A DNA stretch of 62,446 nucleotides, the filler included, from Chthonomonadaceae bacterium (GTDB lineage: Bacteria; Armatimonadota; Chthonomonadetes; Chthonomonadales; Chthonomonadaceae): assembly GCA_035650735.1 (NCBI GenBank). It is 4 parts of 4 records of this genome, joined end to end, with 100 filler letters (N's around TTAATTAATTAA, not from the genome) between each part and the next. Parts side by side here need not be neighbours in the genome. Positions count along the whole stretch, not along the records: positions 1 to 27,383 come from DASRGZ010000177.1; positions 27,484 to 52,876 come from DASRGZ010000178.1; 2 more parts are not named here. One strand, written 5' to 3'. Positions 20,375 to 31,066 of the stretch are shown here, in pieces; position 1 is the stretch's first letter; each line of letters opens with the position of its first letter. Under the pieces are notes generated by a model. The model saw nothing but the letters and a program-made list of their open reading frames with translations. It did not search any database and had not been told where the DNA came from. The translations under genes and the position numbers were made by a program.

Positions 20375-20432
20375 AGGGTGTAGGGGATAGGGTGTAGGGG
20401 ATAGGGTGTAGGGGGTAGGGTGTAGGGTGTAG
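20375..20432. repeat. G-rich heptamer tandem repeat (AGGGTGT/AGGGGAT)
   Basis: About eight 7-nt units inside a REP-like element. Confidence 0.8.
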
Positions 20433-20563
20433 AGCCGCCTTGCGGCGAAGACTCTCACCCCTGCCCTTCTTGACCTAACCCCCCAGCCCCCTTCCCTACG
20501 AGGGAAGGGGGTGACCCGGCTTCTCTCGACGATGGGCTAAACCCTGCCGGGAAAGCATTGGGG

Positions 20564-23500
20564 CTAGCTCTTCGTGATCGTTTCGTCCAGGTTGAGCAAG
20601 ACGCTGGCAACGGTCGTCCAGGCGGCGAGTTCCGCCGGGTCCAGCTTCTCGTTGCGCTTCGATTCGCCCACGCTCAGCAGTTTCAGCGCCGCATCCTGGT
20701 TCGCGCGGAATCGCGCCCACTGCTTCTCCAGTATATCTTGCAGCACCTTGATTTCCGTCTCCCTCGGCGCGCGGGCGAGCGCCAGCCGGTAGGCGTATTG
20801 GATGCGCGCCTGCGGTGTGGGGCCGGACTCGGTCAGCAGGCGCTCCGCCAGCTTGCGCGCCGCCTCGATGTAGGTCGGGTCGTTCATCAGCACCAGCGCT
20901 TGCAGCGGCGTGTTGGTGATGGAGCGGCGCGGCATACAGAACTCGCGCTCCGGCGCGTCGAAGGTCTGCAAAGCCGGGGGCGGAACGGTGCGCTTCCAGA
21001 AGATATACATGCTGCGCCGGTAGAGCTTATCGCCGTGATCCTGTTCGTAGAACTGGGCGCTGAAGCCGCCTTTGAAGGAGATCTCCTCCCACAGCCCTGC
21101 CGGCTGGTACGGCTTGACGGGCGGGCCGCCGATCTTGTCCACCAGCAGGCCGCTCACCGCCAGCGCCTGATCGCGGATAAGCTCGCCCTGCAAGCGGAAG
21201 CGCGGCCCGCGCGCCAGCAGGCGGTTCTCCGGATCCTTCTCCAGCAGCGCCGGGCTGACGCGCGACGATTGGCGGTAAGTCGCCGAGGTCACGATCTGGC
21301 GCAGCATGGCCTTGACGTTCCAGCGCGTGCGAATGAACTCCGTGGCGAGCCAGTCCAGCAGCTGGGGATGGGTGGGCCGCTCGCCCTGCACGCCGAAGTT
21401 CTCCGCCGTGCGGACCAGGCCGTAGCCGAAGACCATCTGCCAGAAGTGGTTGACGGCCACGCGCGCCGTCAGCGGGTGCGAGGGGTCTACCAGCCACATC
21501 GCCAGGCCGAGGCGGTTGTTCGGGGCGCCCTTGGGCAGCGGTGGAAGGAAGGCGGGCGTGCCGGGCGTCACCTTCTCGCCGTGCTGGTCGTACTGGCCGC
21601 GCACCAGCATGAAGGTTTCGCGCGGCTTGTCCGTCAGCTCCTGCATGACCATCGTGGTCGGGATGGCGTTATCCAGCTCCGTATACTTGCGGCGCCAGTC
21701 CGCCAGCGCAGCGGTCAGCTTCCGGTACTCCGCGTCGTTCTTCTCCAGCAGGTACTGGCTGAGCGTCTCCTTCTGCTCCGGGGTGCGCTTCTCGGCGGGC
21801 GTGGTAAGGATGGGCCGCAGCGAATCCATCTCCACCAGTTGCGCAACTTCGGCGGGCGCAAGCTGCCGGTTATAGACGCGCACCTCATCAATCATGCCCT
21901 TGAAGGGCGCGGCGGGGTTGCGCCTGCCAATGAGCAGCGGCTTATCGGTACGAATGGTATCGGTCAGGTTGTTGTGGGTGATGTCGAGCTCGGCGGGCTT
22001 GCCGTTGATGTAGATCTGGAGGCCCTTGGCCTGCCCGGAGCCGTCGTAGGTCACGAAGACGTGCGACCACTTGTTAAGCTCGACGGGGTTCTTGGTGTTG
22101 ACGCGGATGGCGTTCTGGTCCCACTTGTGGATGAGATGGACGTATACTTTGCCGTCAATCAGGAACATATCCCAGCCGCGAAAGTCGCTCTGGTCGTCCA
22201 TGCGGGAGAGGACGGTCATGGCCTCGCCGCTGGTCGGGTAGATCCACGCGCCGTAGGAGACCGTATCGCTCTTATCAAAGCCGAACGTCGTGCCGAGGTC
22301 TATATAGGTGTTGCCGTCAAAATTGAGGGCAGAGCCGACCTTGCCCGCCGCCCAGGCCGCCTTGCCGTGCACCGTGCCGGCTGCCAGCTTGCCCGCCGCG
22401 TCATGGATCTGCTCGCCCGTGTTCTCGTCCAGGGCGATATGCGCGGCCAGCCCGGCGGAAGCCGCCGGAGAGCTCTCCAGCGCGGCGCGTGCGCTCTGCT
22501 CCCATTCGGCCTGCGCGGAGGCAGTGGCGGCGACGCGAGCTTTGACGGCCTGCTCGGCCTCGCCTACCTTCTTGGTATATGCCTCCAGAAGCTGCGCCTG
22601 CTCCGGCGAGGGCGCCTTGATGTAGGGGGCGGCGTTGCCCTTCTGCCCGTCGAGGCCCTGCTCGGCGATGTTGTTGAAATAGGCGTAGAAGTGGAAATAG
22701 TCCTTCTGCGAGATGGGGTCGTACTTGTGGTCGTGGCACTCGGCGCACTTCATGGTCAGGCCCATGAAGGCCGTCGCGGTCGTGTCCACGCGATCCACGA
22801 CGTAGGCGACCTGGTACTCCTCCGGGATGGCCCCGCCCTCGAAGTTTATGGGATGATTGCGATTGAAGCCGGTGGCGATCTTCTGGTCGAGGGTGGCGTT
22901 GGGCAGCAGGTCGCCGGCCAACTGCTGGATGATGAACTGATCGTAGGGCAGATTGGTATTGAACGCCTTGATTACCCAGTCGCGCCAGGGCCACATATCG
23001 CGCTGGCTGTCAATGTGGTAGCCGTGCGTATCAGCGTAGCGCGCCAGGTCCAGCCAGGCCAGCGCCATCCGCTCGCCATAGTGGGGCGAGGCCAGCAGTC
23101 GATCCACCAGCCGCTCGTAGGCGTCCGGCCTTTTGTCGTTGACGAACGCCTGGACTTCGGCGGGGGTGGGCGGCAGGCCGGTCAGGTCGAGGCTGACGCG
23201 GCGAATGAGGGTGGTACGGTCGGCCTCCGGCGACGGATGCAGACCCTCCTTCTCCAGTCGGGCCAGCACGAAATAATCAATCGGGTTGCGCGGCCAGGTC
23301 TTGTTTTTGACCTGCGGGAGTGGCGGGCGCTTGGGCGCGACGAAGGCCCAGTGCGGGTCGTACTTGCCGCCCTGCGCGATCCAGGCGCGGAGCGTGGAGA
23401 TCTGAGCCGCCGTCAGCTTCTTGCCGGAGCTATAGGGAGGCATGTGGAACGCATCGGTGGCCGTGACGCGCTTGATCAGCTCGCTGGCGGCGGGCTTGCC

Positions 23501-23812
23501 CGGCACAATCGCTACGTGCCCTGTGGGCAGCTTCTTGTACGCGCCTTCGGGCACATCCAGCCGCAGAGTAGCCTGGCGCTTATTGGCGTCGAAGCCGTGG
23601 CAGGCGAAGCAGTTCTCCGAGAGGATGGGCCGCACGTCGCGGTCAAAATCCACCCGTTTCGGCGCCTGCGCCTGCAGCGTCTTAGGCGCTTTTGCGGCTT
23701 TCGGCGTCTTGGGCGTCTTCGGTGCTCCGGCGGATTGGCCCGTCAGGGGCGCCAGCAGGCATCCCAGCACGATCCCGCACAGTCCAAGCAGAGAGAGTAA
23801 CGAATGTTTCAT
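20564..23812 (-). CDS. PSD1/PSCyt (DUF1553/DUF1549) planctomycete cytochrome c protein with LamG domain
   Basis: CFACHG and CAECHDHKYDP heme motifs, WLDLARYAD, HPLTARVAVN, TNTPLQAL. Confidence 0.92.
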   Translation of the reverse strand: MKHSLLSLLGLCGIVLGCLLAPLTGQSAGAPKTPKTPKAAKAPKTLQAQAPKRVDFDRDVRPILSENCFACHGFDANKRQATLRLDVPEGAYKKLPTGHVAIVPGKPAASELIKRVTATDAFHMPPYSSGKKLTAAQISTLRAWIAQGGKYDPHWAFVAPKRPPLPQVKNKTWPRNPIDYFVLARLEKEGLHPSPEADRTTLIRRVSLDLTGLPPTPAEVQAFVNDKRPDAYERLVDRLLASPHYGERMALAWLDLARYADTHGYHIDSQRDMWPWRDWVIKAFNTNLPYDQFIIQQLAGDLLPNATLDQKIATGFNRNHPINFEGGAIPEEYQVAYVVDRVDTTATAFMGLTMKCAECHDHKYDPISQKDYFHFYAYFNNIAEQGLDGQKGNAAPYIKAPSPEQAQLLEAYTKKVGEAEQAVKARVAATASAQAEWEQSARAALESSPAASAGLAAHIALDENTGEQIHDAAGKLAAGTVHGKAAWAAGKVGSALNFDGNTYIDLGTTFGFDKSDTVSYGAWIYPTSGEAMTVLSRMDDQSDFRGWDMFLIDGKVYVHLIHKWDQNAIRVNTKNPVELNKWSHVFVTYDGSGQAKGLQIYINGKPAELDITHNNLTDTIRTDKPLLIGRRNPAAPFKGMIDEVRVYNRQLAPAEVAQLVEMDSLRPILTTPAEKRTPEQKETLSQYLLEKNDAEYRKLTAALADWRRKYTELDNAIPTTMVMQELTDKPRETFMLVRGQYDQHGEKVTPGTPAFLPPLPKGAPNNRLGLAMWLVDPSHPLTARVAVNHFWQMVFGYGLVRTAENFGVQGERPTHPQLLDWLATEFIRTRWNVKAMLRQIVTSATYRQSSRVSPALLEKDPENRLLARGPRFRLQGELIRDQALAVSGLLVDKIGGPPVKPYQPAGLWEEISFKGGFSAQFYEQDHGDKLYRRSMYIFWKRTVPPPALQTFDAPEREFCMPRRSITNTPLQALVLMNDPTYIEAARKLAERLLTESGPTPQARIQYAYRLALARAPRETEIKVLQDILEKQWARFRANQDAALKLLSVGESKRNEKLDPAELAAWTTVASVLLNLDETITKS

Positions 23813-24147
23813 AGCAACCTGTTTCTGCCCTTACCGCCCTCACCCCCGGCTCCGTTGTATATGGTGTAGGAAGTAGGGGCGCCCTCATCCCTCTCCCGGC
23901 AGGCTAAACCCTGCCGCTGTGGGGCCGACGGCCCGCTGCCTGCCTGCGCAGGCAGGGAGAGCAGAAATGGAGAAGCCGGGTCCCTCCCTTCCCTGTGAGC
24001 AGAGCAAACGCATCAGGGAAGGGGGATGGTGGGGTTAGGTAAAATCTTTCACCATACCTTTAGAGCGCGGCATCCTGAGCATGTTGCAACAATTATAGCC
24101 CTTGGCTCAATTTAAGGTCAAGGGCAACGCAGGAAAGTACGCCAGAG

Positions 24148-26148
24148 TCAGGGGCGCTTCGCAGCCGAGAGCGAGATAAGGACGCGCACCCAGGCTCCGC
24201 CCTCGGGCCGGTTCTCGTAATGGACGGCGCCGCCCAGATCCCATCGGCTCAGCCGCTCGACCAGCTCCAACCCGGTGTGCGCCGACGTGGCAGGATGGAA
24301 CCCGGGCGGAAAACCGGATCCATCGTTGCAGACGGCCAGCGTCGCCGTCTGCTCCTGCACATGCAGCGTCAGCTTCACCGTGCCACGGCCGTACTTAATG
24401 GCGTTGCTGATCAGCTCATTGACCACCAGAGCCAGGGCCGTACCCTGCCGCGCCGAGAGCCGAACATCCTCCACGTCCGCCTCGATAGGCCGCCCTCCGG
24501 CAGTCTGGCCCAGCAGCGGCAGCAGCCTATCGAAGATCTCTGTGGCGGAGAGGGACTCGGCCTGGCTGCCGCCTTTGGCCTCCTGCGTCAGAATTTCATG
24601 GATGGCCGCAAGCGTCTGCACGTGCATACTGAGCCGCCGGATCTCGGCAGCGGGAATGGCCTGCGGATACTCCATCAGCCGCATGTCCAGCAGCGAGGTG
24701 ATGATCTGAAGATTATTCTTCACTCGGTGGTGTGTCTCCACCATCGCCCGCTGCAGGCGTTCGTAGAGCGCCGCGATATGCTCCCGACTTTGAGAAAGGG
24801 CCTCCTCGTACTGCTGCTGATCGGTGATGTCTTCATGGATCAGAACGACCTCCCAGACCTTGCCGGCGACATCTTTCAAGGGATAGATGAATGCCCGCAC
24901 CCAGCGCTGCGGGTTCTTGTGGCGGGTGCGTCCGGGCAGCGTCTCGTCCGGGTTGTAGGGAATGGCTGGAATGGCGGTCGCCTCTCCGGCAAAGGCTTTC
25001 TGAATGTAGGGCATCACGCCTTTTTCCACCAGTTGCGGATCCTGGAGCAGGTTGTAGTCGGGTATCTTGTCGAGCGCGACTCCCCAGAGCTCCTCCCAGG
25101 CGCGGTTGACAAGCAGCGTCCGGCCATCCGGCGCGAGAATCTGAATGCTCAGAGGCGACTGCTCCACGAGCGCGCGATACCGCGCCTCCGACACGCGCAG
25201 GGCCTCTTCGGCCTGCCTGCGCTCCGCGCTTTCCTTCTCGGCGATCTCGCGCGCCGCCTGCTCGCGCGCCAGCAAATGCACGTCATGAATGGAGGCTGTC
25301 ACGATAGTCACAAAGTTCGCAAGCGCCTCGACTACCTCCTCCGGGAGAGGTTGGCGGGAAAAGTAGACGAGGACGCCCAGCAGCTCGTCCGTGATTTGCA
25401 GGGGGTAGACGGCGGCGGAGGCGATCCGCTCGCGCTGCACCCATTCCTGGTCAAAATTGGGGTCGCCGGCCAGGCTGATTCGGATAAATGGTTTGCGGGT
25501 GCGCGCTACTACGCCGACTTTGTAGGGATAGGTGGCGACGTCAATGCAGGCGCGGGAGCTGGCGGTCGTCTCGGTGGAGAGGCCGGCGCTGGCGCGCAGG
25601 CGCAGCATGTTCGTCTCCTTATCGTGGAGCCAGATGCGCGCCAGCGCGGCATCAAAATCGGCCACCAGCGTCTGGACGATGGTCTGAAGGACGTGCTCCA
25701 GGTCGAGCCGTGAGGCCAGCTTTGCCGCGGCCTCGGTGGTGGCGCGCAGGTAGCGCGTGATGGTGATCTGGCGCTCCAGCTCCACGCGCTCGCTCAGGTC
25801 CCGGAGGGCCGCAAGGAAGAGGTCTTTGCCATCCTCCAGGCGAAAGGCGGTCAGGCTCAGCTCGACATCGGCCTCCGTGCCGTCGCGGCGCAGGGCCGGC
25901 ACACGCACCGGTTGGCCGATCAGCCGGGAAATGTGCGTGGTGAGATAACGCTGGAAGCCGGCCTGATGAATAGCCCGCAGGCGTGGCGGAATGATGGTCA
26001 GCAGGGGCCTGCCGACGAGTTCCTCCACAGGCCAGCCCAGGAGCTTTTCGGCGGCGGCGTTGGCGTAGAGGATCTGGCCGGTGCTGTCGGCGGCCACCAC
26101 AGCATCGGCAAAGGAGTCGAAGACCAGGCGGTAGTCCAGCGCTAACAA
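24148..26148 (-). CDS. PAS-GAF-PAS sensor histidine kinase (HisKA_2 type)
   Basis: HHRVKNNLQ H-box, NELISNAIKY, DGSG. Confidence 0.9.
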   Translation of the reverse strand: MLALDYRLVFDSFADAVVAADSTGQILYANAAAEKLLGWPVEELVGRPLLTIIPPRLRAIHQAGFQRYLTTHISRLIGQPVRVPALRRDGTEADVELSLTAFRLEDGKDLFLAALRDLSERVELERQITITRYLRATTEAAAKLASRLDLEHVLQTIVQTLVADFDAALARIWLHDKETNMLRLRASAGLSTETTASSRACIDVATYPYKVGVVARTRKPFIRISLAGDPNFDQEWVQRERIASAAVYPLQITDELLGVLVYFSRQPLPEEVVEALANFVTIVTASIHDVHLLAREQAAREIAEKESAERRQAEEALRVSEARYRALVEQSPLSIQILAPDGRTLLVNRAWEELWGVALDKIPDYNLLQDPQLVEKGVMPYIQKAFAGEATAIPAIPYNPDETLPGRTRHKNPQRWVRAFIYPLKDVAGKVWEVVLIHEDITDQQQYEEALSQSREHIAALYERLQRAMVETHHRVKNNLQIITSLLDMRLMEYPQAIPAAEIRRLSMHVQTLAAIHEILTQEAKGGSQAESLSATEIFDRLLPLLGQTAGGRPIEADVEDVRLSARQGTALALVVNELISNAIKYGRGTVKLTLHVQEQTATLAVCNDGSGFPPGFHPATSAHTGLELVERLSRWDLGGAVHYENRPEGGAWVRVLISLSAAKRP

Positions 26149-26248
26149 GGGTGGTTCCTCTGACGGCTATATTTGAGTTGTGGCGCCGCGACTGGCGCCG
26201 TCTTATGGAAAAACTGCGGCCTTGCAAACTGAGGGGCGAGCAAAGCGT

Positions 26249-26884
26249 TTACAGACGCCGGGATAGGCCCTGGGCTGCCTGGAGATACTGTTCATAGGGG
26301 ACCGCGCCGCTGATGGCATAGTCGCCGATGAGCACCGTTGGGATGCCGGTTATTCCCATTTCCAGGGCCTCGCGGTAATCCGTCCACACCGCCTCCCGGT
26401 ACCGGTGCGCTTGCAGGGCGGCAGCAAGGTCGCCGCCGGGAAGCCCCTGTTCGGCTGCCAGTTGGGTCAGCACCTCCACGCTGCTGATATCCAGGGTCTT
26501 CTCAAAAAAGGCTTCAAACAGGGCCAGATCGAATCGGTCAAAGCGTTCCGGGTAGTTCTGCTCCACCCATTTGGCGGCCTCCAGCGCCCATGTGGAGGAG
26601 AGCGGATAGGGCGTGCCGACCGGCGGCAGGTCGTAGGGCAGACCGGTCATCTGCCTGGCGGCCTGCCGGTGCTGGAGGTGATAGGCGGTGAACTGGCGGG
26701 GCCGATCCTCCGGCAGCAGCAGAAAGGCTTTATGCGCCAGCGCAAGGGGCCTGGGAAATTCCTGTTGAAGCCGCCGCAAGCGCACGGCTGCGGGCCAGCA
26801 CCACGGTCACAGGTAGTCTGAGAACACGGTGATGACCAGTTGATCCGGGGCCTGAGGCGCAACGTTTGCGGGCTGTGTATCCAT
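26249..26884 (-). CDS. DsbA/FrnE-like selenoprotein (U-P-W-C, Sec at codon 26)
   Basis: ATG 26884: MDTQ…ITVFSDYL-TGA(26807-26809)-PWC, in frame with ORF 26249..26785; cis-Pro motif GITGIPT; hairpin at 26774-26793. Confidence 0.85.
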
Positions 26885-27278
26885 ACGTCAATTCTGCTTT
26901 GGGGCGCTTTCTTGAATAGAGTTCAGGCGTACTTTTATCTTGACGGTGGGAACGGCAAGAGGTTCCCGCACTTTCCGGTTGGACCTAACCCCCCGGCCCC
27001 CACTGCTAGGATCGGGGTTGCCATGGTTCGCCCCTCCGCCTAGCGACAGCGCTCCGCCTAGCGATCCACGCTCGGAGAGCAGGGTTTTTATGGACTATGC
27101 CTCCGGTCCGTTCATCTTTCTGTAAGCGTCACGAGAAGAAACCTCGCCATCGGTATTTGGTATACTATACTACTTTAGTTTCCGGTAAAAAGTGGTAGAC
27201 GCCCGTCTGATTAGGACATCGGGCGTGTTCTCAGGTAGAGTAAAGTTTCCACACCAAACTCTCTTGAGGACGCACCCG

Positions 27279-27383
27279 ATGTCAGAAATAGTCTACCGCA
27301 TGGCCGCGCTCTTGCGGCGTCTGTTGCTCTGGGTTCCGATAGGAACCAACCTGGGACTTCTATACCTACTCTTGGCCTTGGTG
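27279..27383 (+). mobile_element. Probable transposase 5' end cut by a contig end
   Basis: VPIGTNLGL N-terminus resembles, from memory, a transposase-like family; located at a contig end. Confidence 0.3.
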
Positions 27384-27483
27384 NNNNNNNNNNNNNNNNN
27401 NNNNNNNNNNNNNNNNNNNNNNNNNNNTTAATTAATTAANNNNNNNNNNNNNNNNNNNNNNNNNNNNNNNNNNNNNNNNNNNN
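27384..27483. other. Artificial contig spacer
   Basis: N-run with TTAATTAATTAA (stops in six frames), 100 nt. Confidence 0.97.
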
Positions 27484-27698
27484 CCGAGAGGCTCTCGACC
27501 TGAAAGCCTCCGCCGGCGGGAAGCAGAGTAGGAGGTGTCATGCTCTGCTTTACTGGTTCACCTTGCCGACGGTTTCAGCGTCACCAAATCGTCGGGAGAG
27601 CCACTCCTACAAGGCGTTTGACAGCCTTTGCCCAAGGTGCAAAACCGGGGAGAGGTAGAATAACCTCGGAGTGAGAATCGGGTGGGAAAGGACGGACC

Positions 27699-28818
27699 GT
27701 GACCCTACTAGGCGCTGTCCCCAACTTGGAGCAACTCTATGCCCAAAGTTTACGCCTGCTGGCGGACGAGCGGAGTATCGTCCGGGCGCTCGATTGGGTG
27801 GCATCGGATCCTGCCGCTGGTGGTGCCGGCCTGCCGCCTGTCGGTGCTGAGCCAGTCTGCCGAGATGATGGAGCCATGGCTAGGCTGGATCAACAGCGAC
27901 CGTATTCAGGTGCTTGAGGAAGCGGGCAAGGGCGAAGTCTATGTCTGGCGCCGTTACTAGCTGCATCGGCTCCTGACGACCACCCAGGCTCTCGTATACA
28001 ATCCAGAGCACAGGACCCCCGAGGGGCGGGCTGACCTGGCGCGCACTCTCTGGGAAAGGCACCAGATACTGCCCGATTGCTTCCCATTAGCCTTCTGGCA
28101 CGATCTTCTGGACTACCTTTGCACTCCCGAGGACGTGTCGCCAGACCAGTACACGACCGGGACAAATCGGCCCGTGCTGCTCCGCAGCGCGCATCCCTGA
28201 TGCGGCCCTGGATAATGCCGTGATCCAGGCCTCGTATGACACCGTCAACCGGATGGCGATCTTGCTCGGGGACATCCCCTTTGGCGAACTATTTCTCCAG
28301 AACTGGGGCCCACCGCCTGCTGGGCTAGTCCCCGCCTGGTAATGAATGTTCCCGTTGTGGCCCAATCCAGGCTGATCCAGGAGCCCAATCAGGTCGTCCA
28401 GCTCTTGGCAGCCTTACACACCCCGGGAACCCTTTCCTTTCAGGGCTGTTCAATGCGGGATTCATGACCGCCCACCAGGCCATTTACGATGCGCTCCGGG
28501 ATCTATGCGGCTGGGCATCTATTTGCCGTCTGTGTCGGGTTCCCCCGCCCGAGATCAGGCTCGGCAACAAGCGCTCACTACTTTGGTTGCGGTGGCTCCG
28601 GAGCTGACGTACAAGGACGTCTACACGAAACCGAAGCGGGACGCATCCTCTGAAACGGTGGCTGCGGTTCAGGGGGCATTGGACACGGGGGTGCTCTATC
28701 TACTGATCAACGATCGCTGCTGCCTGACGGATCCAAGAACGAACACGCAAGGGTGCTATCAAAACCTGGCCACCACCTGTACCTGCGCCCAAAGCAACTG
28801 CGGACAATACGGCTGCAG
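27699..28818 (+). pseudogene. Degraded coding region truncated by IS21
   Basis: Several short protein-like frames with stops or shifts; the Cys-rich ORF from 28505 runs into the IS21 end at 28819. Confidence 0.35.
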
Positions 28819-28925
28819 TGTCAACGCCAAAGTGAAAGCGGGTTGAATCGCCACTCGAAACGTACCCACTCCGCCGCTCAGATCGCCGGAAGAATCGCCG
28901 ACCAAAACGCCGACGAAACCTCCAT

Positions 28926-29720
28926 TCAAGAGACCACTGGGTCCCGCTTCTCCAGGGGCGAGAGCAGTCCGGCTTTACGGCGCTCCTTGAGCCGGTAACT
29001 CTTGCCCCGAATGTTGACGGTGGCCGAATGGTGCAGTAGACGGTCCAGAACAGCGGGGGCGATTACCGGCTCGCCGAAAACGGCTCCCCAGTCGCTGTAA
29101 CTCTTGTTGCTGGTCAACAGAATGCTGCCTCGCTCGTAGCGGGCGCTGACCCGTTGGAAGAAGAGGGGGGCTCCTACCTCGTCCAGAGGCAGGGAGCCCA
29201 TCTCGTCAATCGCCAGCACCTTCGGCGTTACATAGGCGCGCAGGCGCTGGTTCAACTTGCCTTCCCGCGCCGCTTTGCCCAGATCGCTGACCAGATCATG
29301 CACCGTAATGAAGGCCGCGCTGAATCCCTCGCGGATCGCTGCGACTACCAGGCCCACCGCCAGATGCGTTTTGCCCACCCCAGGCGGCCCCAAGAAGACG
29401 ACGTTGCTGGCGTCATGGACAAAGCGCAGCGTGCGCAACTCCCGTATCTGGCGCTCCTCAATGGTAGGCTGGAAGGCGAAGTCGAACTGTTCCAGCGTCT
29501 TGACGAACGGCAGCCGGGCTTGCCGCAGACGGTTACGCAGGTGGCGTTCTTGCCGGGTCGTCACCTCACAGGTGAGCAAGTCCACCAGGAAGTCGGCGTA
29601 GGCGCACTCTTCGCGCGCCGCACGCTCCAGATGCGTTTCCAACACGGCGTCGGCTTCGGTCAGGCCCAGGCTGGTCAGGATGTTGTGCAGCCGTTCCAGC
29701 GTCGAACTCGTCTGGCTCAT
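28926..29720 (-). CDS. istB: IS21 helper ATPase
   Basis: GPPGVGKTHLA, IDEMG, TSN, LDRLLHH, GKSYR. Confidence 0.93.
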   Translation of the reverse strand: MSQTSSTLERLHNILTSLGLTEADAVLETHLERAAREECAYADFLVDLLTCEVTTRQERHLRNRLRQARLPFVKTLEQFDFAFQPTIEERQIRELRTLRFVHDASNVVFLGPPGVGKTHLAVGLVVAAIREGFSAAFITVHDLVSDLGKAAREGKLNQRLRAYVTPKVLAIDEMGSLPLDEVGAPLFFQRVSARYERGSILLTSNKSYSDWGAVFGEPVIAPAVLDRLLHHSATVNIRGKSYRLKERRKAGLLSPLEKRDPVVS

Positions 29721-30980
29721 GCCACGGCCCCCCCTCTGGCGTGGGCAGGCAGACCTCATCGTAAACGGCCAGAGAACGCACCTGCACCTGGGGCTCGTCG
29801 GCGCGAATAGTCACTTTGGCTTTGCCCTGGGGCCTGCCGCTCTGGGAGAAGGGAATGTCAACATGGTGGGCAGGGTTAGTAATCGCCTGGTAACGCCCTG
29901 TGCAGAGCCCATGCACGGCCAACTGCTCGCCCCCGCGCCAGATTTGCACCTGGCCGTCTATCTCGCGCACCGTCACTTCTTGCCCTGCTGCAAGCCAGGG
30001 AACCGAGTAGCGGTTGGTCTGGTAGGCGATGTAAGCGTCTCGCGTTACCCGTCGCGCTTGCTCTGGCATGTAGGGATAGGCCGCACGGCCCGCCAGCGGC
30101 TGCAAGTGCAGTTTCTCCTGTTGCCAGGCGTCGTAAATGACCTGGTAGGTGGTTCCATGCACCCGCTGATTGGCGACCTCTGCGATCCAGCCGCGCAACT
30201 GCGCGCGCAGATCGTCTACGCTGCTGGCCTGCCGCCCACAGAGAAAACTGGAGCGTAAGTAGCGGATGCCGCTCTCGACCTTGCCCTTTGTTTGCGGACG
30301 GTAGGCATGACAGAGCCAAGGCCGAAAACCCCAGTAGCGGGCGAAGTCCCGAAAGATGGGATGCCAGACAATCTCGCCGCGCGCGTCTATGTCCAGCACG
30401 ACCGTCTTGACCTGGTCGTAGAGGATTTCCTGAGGAACCCCGCCTAACTGCCGGAACGCTTCCTCATGCAGGCGCAGGAAGGTGGGCAGGCTCTGGTCGG
30501 TGGCAACATCGGCGAAGATGGCGCGGCTGTATCCGAGCGTGAAGACGAAGCCAGAGAGTTTGTGCTTCTTGCCTTCCACTTCGACGGTGCCTACATCGCC
30601 CCAGTCCACCTGGGCTTGATGGCCGGGCGGGGTCTCGAAGCGACGCACCGCCACTGTTTGCGCGCACTGACGCTTGGGATGGACATACTCCTTGAGAATG
30701 GAGTAGCCCCCGTGTAGCCGCGCGCTTGGATCTCGCGCAGCAGCACCACGGCGTTCCAGACCCCGGCTTGCAGCCGTTGGTCAAGGTAGTCCTTGAACGG
30801 ATCGAGTTTGCTGGGTCGCGGTGGTCGCGGCCCATACTGCGGGATGTCGGGTTGGGCCAGATACTTACGAATGGTTCGTCGGTTGAACCCGGTCAGGGCG
30901 CTGATCTGGCTGATGGACAGCCCCTGCCATCGTAGGGCTTGAATGTCGCTCACGTCATCTCCTCGTAGCAATCTGGTCAC
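29566..30980 (-). pseudogene. istA: IS21 transposase, frameshifted near 30710
   Basis: HTH part 30591..30980 plus RFETPPGHQAQVDW…TKGKVE…N.RVHGTT in another frame. Confidence 0.88.
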
Positions 30981-31066
30981 ATCCTCCTGGCGAAAGAGTC
31001 TGTGACCAAGTTTCTCCAGAGGACGGCGGGTGAGCAGCTTTACCTCGGCGTTCTGAGCATTTTAGT

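Noticed and set aside
20558..23800. Long antisense ORFs (1080 aa here; also 1069..2382, 7570..9381, 24220..25713)
   Set aside because: Shadow frames opposite well-supported genes in GC-rich DNA.
27384..27483. TTAATTAATTAA motif in N-runs (also 52877-52976 and 59413-59512)
   Set aside because: Identical 100-nt artificial spacers, not biological; ORFs ending in them are truncated.
30700..30720. Programmed frameshift in istA
   Set aside because: IS21 istA is not normally frameshifted here, and other lesions indicate decay.
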